Origin: an uncultured Verrucomicrobiae bacterium
Lineage (GTDB): Bacteria; Verrucomicrobiota; Verrucomicrobiia; Limisphaerales; Palsa-1400
Length of the DNA stretch: 64,000 nucleotides
Assembly (NCBI GenBank): GCA_963764165.1
Contig: CAVXRD010000003.1
Location: 672,001-736,000 of the forward strand
Direction of reading: 5' to 3'
Shown: piece by piece, positions 1 to 9,500 of the stretch
Layout of the letters: each line of letters opens with the position of its first letter
Numbering within the stretch: position 1 is the first letter of the stretch
Position numbers and translations under genes: made by a program
The notes under the pieces: generated by a model
Told to the model about the DNA's origin: nothing
The model's database searches: none
What the model saw: only the letters and a program-made list of their open reading frames with translations

Positions 1-11
1 GGGCAGGCCTG

Positions 12-1514
12 TTGCTGGCGGCAGCGCTGGGGATCGGGCAAAGCGTTTATGCGCGGCAGCCGGGTGAAAGCCCGGCCTTCAATTTCGGCACGGTGCGCGA
101 AATGGCGCGCGGCATCGCAGCCAAGGATTTCAAGCCCTCGAAAAACGACGACCTGCCCGATGTGCTGAAGAAGATGACGTATGACCAATACAACACCATC
201 CGCTTTCGCCGCGAGCACAGCCTGTGGAAAGACGACCACGTCCGGTTCACCGCGCAGTTCTGCCAGCGCGCCTATCTCTTTCAAGATCCAGTCAAGGTCC
301 ACGTGCTCGATAATGGAAAAGTCACCGATGTGCCCTTCTCTCCGGAGATGTTTGACTACGACAGCAACAACGTGCCCAAGAATCTGCCCCCCACCCTGCA
401 ATTCGGCGGATTCCGTTTGCTCTACCCTTTGAATTCTCCGCAGAAGCAGGACGAGGTCGCTGAATTTCTTGGCGCGAGCTATTTCCGCATCCTGGGAGGC
501 GGGCAGCGCTATGGCTCGTCGCTGCGCGGGCTGGCCATCGACACGGCGGAGCCGAGCGGGGAGGAATTTCCGCGCTTCACGGAGTTTTGGCTGGAGAAGC
601 CTCCGCAGCTTGCGGGCGGCATGCGTGTCTACGCTCTGCTTGACAGCCCGAGCGTCGCCGGAGCCTACCGCTTTGTCATCGAGCCGGGCGCGAACACGAT
701 CACGGAAGTCGAGACAAGCCTGTTCTTTCGCAAGACGCCCAAGAAAATCGGGATTGCCCCCATTGGGAGCCTTTTTCTGGAGGGCCAAAACCGCACCCGC
801 TTCATTCCTGATTATCGGCCGCAAGTGCATGATTCCGACGGACTCTTGATCGAGCCAGGAAACGATAATTGGATCTGGCGCCCGCTGGTAAATCCGGCCA
901 AGGAACATCAATTGAGCCAATTTCCGGTGGCGGAGCTGAAAGGATTTGGCCTTACCCAGCGGGACCGCGAGTTTCGGGATTACGATGACCTGGGCAGCCG
1001 CTTTGAGGCGCGGCCGACCTATTGGATCGAGCCCATCGGCAACTGGGGTCCCGGAACGGTCGAGCTTCTGGAGATACCCACGCAGAATGACTGGAACGAC
1101 AACATCGTCGCCTATTGGATTCCGCGCGACATGCCCTCCCCGGGGCAGGAATTGCATCTGGCCTATCATCTTTCCGCCATGCTCAATGGGCCGGATGGCA
1201 AGCCAATCCTCCGCATCCGCTCAACTCATGTTCGTCCGGAAATGGGCGACAGTCCACCCCGCTTCGTCATTGATTTTGCGGGGATGATGCCGCAGCCGGC
1301 CGATCTCTCAGTGGGAGCCGCGGCGAAACTTCACACTTCTCAGGGACAGGTCAAAAACGTGGTTGTCGAAACGAATGAGGCCGTCGGCGGCTGGCAGGTT
1401 TTCTTTGACCTGGTCGGCGCGGGAGACAATCGAACCGAAGTGCGCCTGCACCTGCAGCCCAAGGACCAGCCCGTCAGCGAGACGTGGATTTACGATTTTC
1501 AAAAACTTAATTGA
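12..1514 (+). CDS. opgG: Periplasmic glucan biosynthesis protein G/D (OpgG/MdoG); frame is open to the window edge, so probably 5'-partial
   Basis: Motifs YDQYNTIRF, FLGASYFR, GLAIDT, EEFPRF, DYRPQVHDSDGL and DNIVAYW; directly upstream of opgH. Confidence 0.93.
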   Translation: MLAAALGIGQSVYARQPGESPAFNFGTVREMARGIAAKDFKPSKNDDLPDVLKKMTYDQYNTIRFRREHSLWKDDHVRFTAQFCQRAYLFQDPVKVHVLDNGKVTDVPFSPEMFDYDSNNVPKNLPPTLQFGGFRLLYPLNSPQKQDEVAEFLGASYFRILGGGQRYGSSLRGLAIDTAEPSGEEFPRFTEFWLEKPPQLAGGMRVYALLDSPSVAGAYRFVIEPGANTITEVETSLFFRKTPKKIGIAPIGSLFLEGQNRTRFIPDYRPQVHDSDGLLIEPGNDNWIWRPLVNPAKEHQLSQFPVAELKGFGLTQRDREFRDYDDLGSRFEARPTYWIEPIGNWGPGTVELLEIPTQNDWNDNIVAYWIPRDMPSPGQELHLAYHLSAMLNGPDGKPILRIRSTHVRPEMGDSPPRFVIDFAGMMPQPADLSVGAAAKLHTSQGQVKNVVVETNEAVGGWQVFFDLVGAGDNRTEVRLHLQPKDQPVSETWIYDFQKLN

Positions 1515-1525
1515 CAGGAAAAATT

Positions 1526-3598
1526 ATGAACCCCACCGCCCTCAATCCCGCCCGCAAATGGATTATTGCACGCCAGATGCTTTTTGCCACCATCTGCGCG
1601 TTCAGCATGGTCGTCGTGTCGAATGCGATGCTTTCGATGCTGCGCATGAATGGCCTCAATGGGTTGAAGATCACGATGTTCGTTCTGTTCGTGATATTGT
1701 CGTTCCCCATCGTGCTTTCGTTCTGGACGGGCGTGCTGGGTTTCATTGTTCGCCTGCGCGGCGGCGATTCACTCGAACTGACGCGCTCCCTTGAGGGCAA
1801 AGCGAAGCTCACGACCGAATTGCCCAAGACCGCGGTGATTGTCCCGGTTTACAACGAAGACCCGGTCCGCGTCTTCGCGGGATTGAAGGCGACATACAAG
1901 AGCCTGGAAGAAACAGGAATGCTGAAGAATTTTGAATTCTTCATTCTCAGCGACACAACAGATCCCGACACATGGATTCGCGAGGAGCTGGCGTTGGTGG
2001 ATTTCCGCGCCACAGTCAGCGATCCGAGCCGCGTCTTCTATCGAAATCGCCGCGAGAATCTGGAGCGCAAGACGGGAAACATCGCGGATTTTTGCGCAGG
2101 TTGGGGTGGCCGCTACCGCTACATGATCGTATTCGACGCCGATAGCGTCATGACGGGCACATGCCTGGTCGAATTGGTGCAATTGATGGAATACCACCCG
2201 GAGGCGGGAATCATCCAGGCGCCGCCGCTGCCCGTCAATCGCCACACCTTCTTCGGCCGCATGCGGCAATTTGCCACCCACGCCTACAGTTCCATTTTCG
2301 TGACGGGGCTTAACTTCTGGCAAGGCGGAGCAGCGAATTACTGGGGCCACAACGCCATCATTCGCATCGCGCCTTTCATCGAACATTGCCATCTTCCCAA
2401 ATTGTCGGGACGTGAACCTCTTGGCGGCTCCATTCTGAGCCATGACTTTGTCGAAGCGGCCTTCATGCGGCGCGCCGGATGGAAAGTTTATTTGGCCAGC
2501 GAACTGCGTGGAAGTTACGAGGAGGTGCCGCCGTCGCTGATCAGCTACGCCGCCCGCGACCGCCGCTGGTGCCAGGGAAACCTTCAGCACATGAAACTAT
2601 TGACGACGCCCGGCCTGCATCCTGTAAACCGCTTGCACATGTGCCTTGGCATCATGGCGTATCTTGCCGCGCCACTGTGGATGCTGATGCTGCTCATCAG
2701 CACCATTGAAGGAATCCGCGAGTCCGTGCAGCCCCATGTCTATTTTCCGCAAGGCCCCGCCCTGCATCCTGTGTGGAACATCTCGGTGCAAACGCGCGCG
2801 ATTGGACTATTCCTGTCCGTGATGGGGCTGCTGATGACGCCGAAAATTCTCAGTCTCATTGCTCATTTGAAAGACCGCCAAGAGCGCGAGGAATATGGCG
2901 GGGCAAAGAAACTCATCCAAAGCGTGTTTTTGGAAACCATTTTTGCCACCCTTCTCGCGCCAGTGCTCGCCTTCCTTCAAACACACTTTGTCGTCGGGAT
3001 TCTCATGGGCCGAAACGTGAAGTGGGACGCTCAGGACCGCGGTGAAGCGCAAACCTCGGTGGGAGAGGCCATCGCCCGCCATTGGCCGGCCACGCTGCTG
3101 GGAGTGGTGTGGGGCGTGTTGCTGTTCACCATGACACCGAAATTATTTTGGTGGTTCTCGCCGGTGCTCGCTGGATTCTGGCTGGCGATTCCGATGTCCG
3201 TCTGGAGCAGCCGCGCCAGCGCCGGGGATCGCGCGCGCGAAAAGGGCTTGTTCTTGACGCCCGAGGAAGTGCACACGCCCAAGATATTGACCGACTTGGA
3301 CATCGAAGCTGAGTGGGCCAGCCAGCGCGTTTGGGCCAAGGAAGGCGATGCGCTGGAGCGCGTTTTGAACGATCCGCGCGTTCGCGAAATTCATTTGTCC
3401 CTGCTGACCAATCGCGAGGAGGCCAAGGACGATTTGCGCCGTCACTATCTGGAAGGTTTGGAATTGAAGTATCAGCACGACGGAGCAAAAGGGCTCACGC
3501 CACGCGAAAAACGCGATCTCCTGTGGGACAAGGAAGCCATCCAGGATTTGCTGGGTGGTTCCAAGAATGGAAACGGGAACGTGGCGATGGCACGTTAA
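1526..3598 (+). CDS. opgH: Glucans biosynthesis glucosyltransferase H (OpgH/MdoH, GT2)
   Basis: PVYNED, KTGNIADF, FDADSVM, NYWGHNAIIR, LSHDFVEA and RDRRWCQGNLQH, plus several TM segments; ATG at 1526 preferred over TTG at 1511. Confidence 0.95.
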   Translation: MNPTALNPARKWIIARQMLFATICAFSMVVVSNAMLSMLRMNGLNGLKITMFVLFVILSFPIVLSFWTGVLGFIVRLRGGDSLELTRSLEGKAKLTTELPKTAVIVPVYNEDPVRVFAGLKATYKSLEETGMLKNFEFFILSDTTDPDTWIREELALVDFRATVSDPSRVFYRNRRENLERKTGNIADFCAGWGGRYRYMIVFDADSVMTGTCLVELVQLMEYHPEAGIIQAPPLPVNRHTFFGRMRQFATHAYSSIFVTGLNFWQGGAANYWGHNAIIRIAPFIEHCHLPKLSGREPLGGSILSHDFVEAAFMRRAGWKVYLASELRGSYEEVPPSLISYAARDRRWCQGNLQHMKLLTTPGLHPVNRLHMCLGIMAYLAAPLWMLMLLISTIEGIRESVQPHVYFPQGPALHPVWNISVQTRAIGLFLSVMGLLMTPKILSLIAHLKDRQEREEYGGAKKLIQSVFLETIFATLLAPVLAFLQTHFVVGILMGRNVKWDAQDRGEAQTSVGEAIARHWPATLLGVVWGVLLFTMTPKLFWWFSPVLAGFWLAIPMSVWSSRASAGDRAREKGLFLTPEEVHTPKILTDLDIEAEWASQRVWAKEGDALERVLNDPRVREIHLSLLTNREEAKDDLRRHYLEGLELKYQHDGAKGLTPREKRDLLWDKEAIQDLLGGSKNGNGNVAMAR

Positions 3599-3789
3599 AA
3601 AGGAGAGTGAAAGCGCCAGAATGGCCGCATGGAACAAGATTCTTCTATCCAGCCAGCTCGGGGCGTTTAAGCAAGCCCAACGTGGCTGGGTTCATCGCGC
3701 AATGCAAGGCCAACAAATTGTCGAAAAAGGAGATTGCCCCCTCCGGGCATTCGCTTTGGAGAGATCGCTCCAAAATTAAACCGGCCACC

Positions 3790-5061
3790 TCACCTCCCAA
3801 ATGCAAAATACAAAACGGCGCATGCGGATACAGCGGTCACAACAGCAATCGAGAACAATATAATATGATAGCCGGAGAGGAAAATTTTCTTAATCCAGTC
3901 CGGGGCAAGAACAGCCCAAACAACGCCGAAAAATGCAAATACGGCGAAAGAAAAAAAGACTCCAAAGGCCGCATATTGCCAAATCTTCTGCTCTCGGCTT
4001 TTCGTTGCCCACTGCCCCACCCCGAAGCAAATACAAGTGAGAAACAACGTGACCATGGAGCACAAGGCGCCCACGAGAATGCGGTCGCCAATTGTTCCCG
4101 ACAGAATCAACTTTGACCGGTCTCCATTAGCTGTGGATGCCATCATTCCGCTTTTTTGCAGCGACTCGATGTTGCCCGTAAGATTCTCGTTCAAAGTTTC
4201 AATTTCCGTTGGCGAAATCACGTACTCTTGAGCGGCAGCGTCTATGCACCGGGTTTGCAACCTTTTTATGTAGGCTAAACTAACCGGCAGCCGGATTATA
4301 TATGCGACAGAGTCGGTTTCCGCATCGGGCGCAAGCAAGGAGCGGACATTGGATTTTGCGTAGTTCAGTGATGAAACAAGTCGCAATTCCTGCCAGTAAT
4401 CCCTTCCCGGCAATTTTTTGTAATCATAATGAACAATTAGATCCATCTCCTTCCAGCCCACTATCGCATAAAGCGCGCGCCCAGATGTCACTGGGGCGAT
4501 TGGTCGCCGGTCCGCATAGGTCGCGAGTAAGGACGCCAATTTGGGGCCGTTTTGAAAGTAGAGCGGAATCTTGATTTGCTCCCGGTTGCGATTGACAACA
4601 AGAATAAACCCCTGAAACCGAGTCGTTTCGACTTGAACCTGCTCGATCTCCGTCAAATCAAAAAGTGTCGCCTTCTCGCCGCACACATACTCGAGGCACG
4701 ACTTATTCAAATTGATGCGAGACGTTGTTAGCACGGACAACGCAATTCCTGCTATAAAAAACACAGCTCCGCCTGCGAGAATGAACGCCCAACCCCAAGG
4801 ATTGAGGCGGGTCCATTGAGATATTCCGAATGCAATAATCCCCGAACCCACCAAATGCGCGCAGATTACGAGCAGATAGGCTGATCTCGAAACTCGAAAT
4901 TCCTCATCATCGCACGGTAAGCGGATTTGAACTTGAATCGCTTCGCGGTAGGAAGCTGCATGAAACCTTGGGTAGAACCAATCCACGCGCATGAGCCGAC
5001 GGAGCGCTGCAATCAGCAGCAAAGCAGCAAACAACCCCCAACTTCCGGTTGCAGTTTTCAC
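3790..5061 (-). CDS. Hypothetical multi-pass membrane protein
   Basis: 423-aa ORF with N- and C-terminal hydrophobic helices; visibly more AT-rich than neighbours; no recognised motif. Confidence 0.6.
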   Translation of the reverse strand: MKTATGSWGLFAALLLIAALRRLMRVDWFYPRFHAASYREAIQVQIRLPCDDEEFRVSRSAYLLVICAHLVGSGIIAFGISQWTRLNPWGWAFILAGGAVFFIAGIALSVLTTSRINLNKSCLEYVCGEKATLFDLTEIEQVQVETTRFQGFILVVNRNREQIKIPLYFQNGPKLASLLATYADRRPIAPVTSGRALYAIVGWKEMDLIVHYDYKKLPGRDYWQELRLVSSLNYAKSNVRSLLAPDAETDSVAYIIRLPVSLAYIKRLQTRCIDAAAQEYVISPTEIETLNENLTGNIESLQKSGMMASTANGDRSKLILSGTIGDRILVGALCSMVTLFLTCICFGVGQWATKSREQKIWQYAAFGVFFSFAVFAFFGVVWAVLAPDWIKKIFLSGYHIILFSIAVVTAVSACAVLYFAFGR

Positions 5062-5336
5062 GGGTTTACGACCGCAGGTGGGTGTGGGTTAGCCATAAGG
5101 TCAGCGAATAAGTCTTGGGGACCGAGGCTGGACATAAGACATTTCGGCTTGACGAATTTCGCATGATAAAGGCAAGGATACGCTCGCCCGGCCCGGCCGC
5201 CAAGAATCGAATTCTCGGAAGCAAGGGTCGAGAAGAGGTCGCTATGCCGCATCAATTCCCCCCACCCTGAGGCCATGTTTTCCACCGATTGCGATGGATT
5301 GCGGGAGGAAGCAAAGTAAGCGCAAGAGGATAAAAC

Positions 5337-6029
5337 ATGAACACTTTTCAACATTCGTCATCCCCGCTTTGCCGCGCTGCGAAGGCGGGAGCGCTTATAT
5401 GCGCAATCGCAGGCAGCGGATTTTTCGCCCACGCCCAAAGCACGTCCCCACTGACGCCGCAGCCTGTCCCGGAGTCAAGCACCGCCACGCTGATTGGCAA
5501 CGAACCCGGCGGCGTCTCCTATCTGGCAAGGGAATTTGTGCAGCAGGCCGCCCAAGCGAATCAAACCGAGATTGCCATGGCGAACGTCGTTGAATCACGC
5601 TCGACCAATTTGGCTGTCAAAAGTTTTGCGAGCATGATGCGCGCAGATCATCAGCAGAATTTTAGCGAACTGCAGCAGCTGGCGCAAAGCCACGCCATGG
5701 TGGTCGATTCCGCGCTAAGCAGCGTCAACCAGCACGCTGTCAATCACCTTCAGAAGATCAGCGACGCCAATTTGGACAGGGAATTCGCCAAGGTGATGCT
5801 CAAAGACCATGTGAAAACCATCAGGGCATTTGATAAAGCATCGATTGAAATTTCGGAGCCGTACTTGAAAACGTACGCCCAAAACACTCTGCCAACATTG
5901 CGCAAACACTTGCGCCATGCAGAAGACGCGGCCCGAGCGGCCGGTGTGGATGAGAGCACGATCTTCTCCATCCTCAAGGGTCTTCCTGGCGGCGAAGCGC
6001 AACGGGCAGTCACCTACAATCAAGACTAA
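5337..6029 (+). CDS. Secreted DUF4142-family (ferritin-like) protein
   Basis: Signal peptide ending AHA; pattern EIAMA...VKSFASMMRADH...DREFAKVMLKDH...LPTLRKHL; AGAGGA RBS upstream. Confidence 0.85.
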   Translation: MNTFQHSSSPLCRAAKAGALICAIAGSGFFAHAQSTSPLTPQPVPESSTATLIGNEPGGVSYLAREFVQQAAQANQTEIAMANVVESRSTNLAVKSFASMMRADHQQNFSELQQLAQSHAMVVDSALSSVNQHAVNHLQKISDANLDREFAKVMLKDHVKTIRAFDKASIEISEPYLKTYAQNTLPTLRKHLRHAEDAARAAGVDESTIFSILKGLPGGEAQRAVTYNQD

Positions 6030-6052
6030 CCAGATTCAGGACTAGGGAGTTA

Positions 6053-6088
6053 AGCAGCAGGGCAGGTTTTCTGTCCTGCTGTTTTTTG
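6053..6088 (+). terminator. Rho-independent terminator
   Basis: AGCAGCAGGGCAG-GTTTT-CTGTCCTGCTGTT stem with G-U pairs, followed by a T run, just after the DUF4142 stop. Confidence 0.8.
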
Positions 6089-6164
6089 TCGTTTTCTGGG
6101 TAACCACCCCATCGCGCCGCCTTCGGGAATGCGTTAAAAATCAGGGCATAACGAGAGCAACATT

Positions 6165-6593
6165 ATGACTGCCAAACAAATGAATACTTTGAGCGCCGAA
6201 AAGCCGGAGAGCATTGTGAAACATCGCCGCTCGCGGTCAGGCAACGCCCCTCTCCTGTCAACACTTCTGCCGGCTGCTGACGGCGAGGAAGCGCCCAAGC
6301 CCCGCTTCGATGTGGATAAATTTGAGTGCGAGGCCGAGAAAGACGCTCCGTCCGCTTCACCGATGCGAGTCTTGCTGCAAAATGCCAAGACCCACAAATT
6401 CTTCTCCGGCGCCACTGGCTGGACAAGCGATCCAAAGCGAGCCCAGGATTTTCGCAGCGGTTGGTGGGCCACCGTATGCGCTTTTACGATGAACCCACGC
6501 AACCTGGTCATCCACTACGAGTTTGCGAACGACCGTTACAATCTGCACATCCCGGTCCTTGGCCAATTGGCCGGGCCTGGCCGCGCCTACTGA
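6165..6593 (+). CDS. Small hypothetical protein; compact domain starts at MRVLLQN (possible start 6363)
   Basis: ORF fills the gap between the terminator and the convergent GH9 gene; domain MRVLLQNAKTHKFF...WTSDPKRAQDF looks globular. Confidence 0.6.
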   Translation: MTAKQMNTLSAEKPESIVKHRRSRSGNAPLLSTLLPAADGEEAPKPRFDVDKFECEAEKDAPSASPMRVLLQNAKTHKFFSGATGWTSDPKRAQDFRSGWWATVCAFTMNPRNLVIHYEFANDRYNLHIPVLGQLAGPGRAY

Positions 6594-9500
6594 ACCTGCA
6601 TGACCACGTAGAACCTCTGCGTGGCATTGGCTGAATTGGGATCGATCCACGACGTGGACGCCCCTGTTGCGGTTACATTGGCTCCCGTTGCGATCCACGA
6701 AGGATCGGTCAGGTTGTTCTTGTAAAACACTTGATACGCCGTCCCCGCCGCGCTCGGCCAGCTAAACGTGGGAACCCCATTGTTCATCGCGGCACTCGGG
6801 GCCACCGTATTTCCCGGAAGAGTGATCGAAGCCGTGGTTGGATTGCCCAGCGAATAGCCAGAACCGGCGCCTAGAGTCAGAGTGACCGTCCGGGCTGCGA
6901 CTGGAGTCGTGGAGACGAGCTGCGTAATGGTCAGGGTCGCTGAAGTCGTGCCCGCCGGGATGACAAGCGGCGAGTTAGAAACTACCAATCCGCCTGCCAG
7001 CACCTGATAATTCGCCCCCGCCACCGCCGTGCCGCCGAGTGTATAACCAATGCTCGTCGCATTCGCGCTGCTGCTGGACAAATTAATGGTGAACGTTCCG
7101 ATGGGTGCTGCAAGGCTTTGCTGCTCCGCGGCGGTCGAATTCACCGTGGCCAGGGGGGTGGTCGGATTTGTGTTTGTCGAAGTGGTAATGACGTTAAGAA
7201 CGCCCGCGCAATCCCAATCGGCCTGGCCGCCGTAAAGAGTGAAGGCAAGTCCGTTTACTGTCGCGCCAGCCAATCCAACGTCGGCAGCGGGCACAGCCAA
7301 CTGAACCCATTTGCCGGTGGCGGGCAGCGCGCCGATGTTCGTTCTGGAAACACCTTCCACGCCGAAGGAGAGAAGATCAGCCCCCCAGTAGGCGCGATGA
7401 TTCCAATTGCCCGTGGAATCGCACCACTGAAGCATTGCTTCCACCGGCGGATTGTTAGGGTTGAGGTAAATCCAAGCATACAATGTCGAGTTGGTTTCGA
7501 CGCTGAGAGTAGCCGAGGCGTTTTGGAAGTAGACCTGGTGCTCGCCTGCTGCGGAGGCAGAGGATTGTTCCAGCGTGCCCGAATACGGCGTGGGGTTGCT
7601 GCTCACCCAATTCCACGAATCTCCACCGTCTGAACCGGCTTGGGCGCCGCCCGGGAGCGAATCATCCACCCAAATGATGTTGGGAGAATCCGCCGAGAAC
7701 GTGGTGCGCGCGAAAATGCGGCGGCCATCCGGAAATTGCGCTTCCGCTTCAACCCACTGGGCTCCGTTCACCATCGGAGCGTAATTAAACGACTGGCCAA
7801 AGGCGGGAATCTGAATGGCTTCCGCAGTGCCAACCGCATTGGCTTCCCACACGATGCGAGCGGTGCTCAAATCGTAACCGGGGGCGGTCAGCGTGAAGGT
7901 TGTATTGGAGCCAATCGGGACTGTGCCCGAGGGCGTGCTGATCGTCGCGGAAACCGCGCTCCAAGCCTGCGTCTTGTATGAGGTTTGGCCGGCGAGGAAC
8001 GCCAGCGCTCCCAAGCCGCGCGCGGAATTCAACACGACCATTTCCGTGTCCACGTTCCAGCTATCACCCCAGCGATCATAGAATGGATACATCGGCGAGG
8101 AGCCATCGCCCGGGAAGGACAGCTCTTCCAATTCACCCGCGTAATTCCACAGGTAACCAAAATCGGCCTGAATGTTGCCGATAGGCAAACCGGTCGGCGG
8201 AAGCGCGCGGACATCGTTCAATTCCCATTGGCTGACGATGCCGTGCTGGCGCTTCCAGCCGAGGCCGGTCACATACGAGACGTTTACAGGATTGCAACCG
8301 CCTTCGTAGTTCATGTTCGCCACGAGGGCGTTCATGTAGTTTGTGTTTGGATTAATCTGATAAGCCACTGCCATGTCGAAGGCTTGGTCGGCCGAGAAAT
8401 ACCAGCCGGCGCTGTTGACCTCCTTGGTGGCCGTCGGAAAGCTGGTTCCATAGGCGCTCTCTTGCGACCAGGTCAGGACGTTGTTGCCGGCTGTGACGAC
8501 TTCGTTTGTGCAGGCGGCCAGGAATGTCGCATTCAACTGGCTGGCGGAAGAAACACGGCCGCTTTGCAATGCGAACGCATAGCTGCGAATCGCGTGGCCG
8601 TACGATTCGGACATGTGCCACCACCCCCAGCGCCACGTGGCGGGGTCAGCGGGATTGAACCATGACAGAAGGAGGCTGTGAGCATTGGCGTCGCCTGTCG
8701 CGAGATAGATTTGGCAGGCGGCCCAGGCGAGTTCGTCATGATCCGCGAAATCATCACCGTAAGCGGTGATCTTCTGGTAGAAGTTGCCGTAACCGTACTT
8801 GTTGACGGCGTTGGTCAGGAAGCTCCAGCCCAACTGCGCCTGCTTCAAATATTGAGCCGCAACCGCGGGATAGGTTTTCTTAAACAAAGGCGAAGACGCG
8901 GTTTGCGCCAGTGCGGCCACTGCCGCCGCCGTAGAGGACGATGTCTTCGGCCAGACCACTTGGGGATCGCCGTTCTCGGGAGTGACGTTGCTCTCGTATT
9001 CGCGGTCGGTCGGGTAGACGAGGAAGTAGAATCCGCCGTCTGCATCCTGCAATTTGGCGAGGTAATCCGCTTCCCATTTCGCTTCCTGCATGACATCGCT
9101 GATGCCGTCGCCGCTCTCAGCGATTCCGAGATTGTCGAGCGAAGCGACGCCCGGAATCGAATCCACTTCGAACATCAGGTAGTGAATGAGGCTGGCCACG
9201 TTGATGGTGTATTTGCTGTAGTCGCCCGCATCGTGATGGCCGCCGGTGGTGTTGACCGTGCCCGTGTTGACGAACGGGAATAATGAGGCCGATGGGCTTG
9301 TCAGATACGGGGCGGCTTGTGGTGCATTCTCCGTATTCACCGTGATGGCGTAGTTGGAAATCGTCGTCCACGTGAAACCGTAGGACGAGGCCGGCATCGG
9401 CACGCTGGACGGCGCGCTGTGGCAGGCGTCATGCGCGAAGCGCGTCACCGGGAGTTCCATGTCAAACCCGCAGCGCTGATGGAAAAGCCCCATGGCGTAG

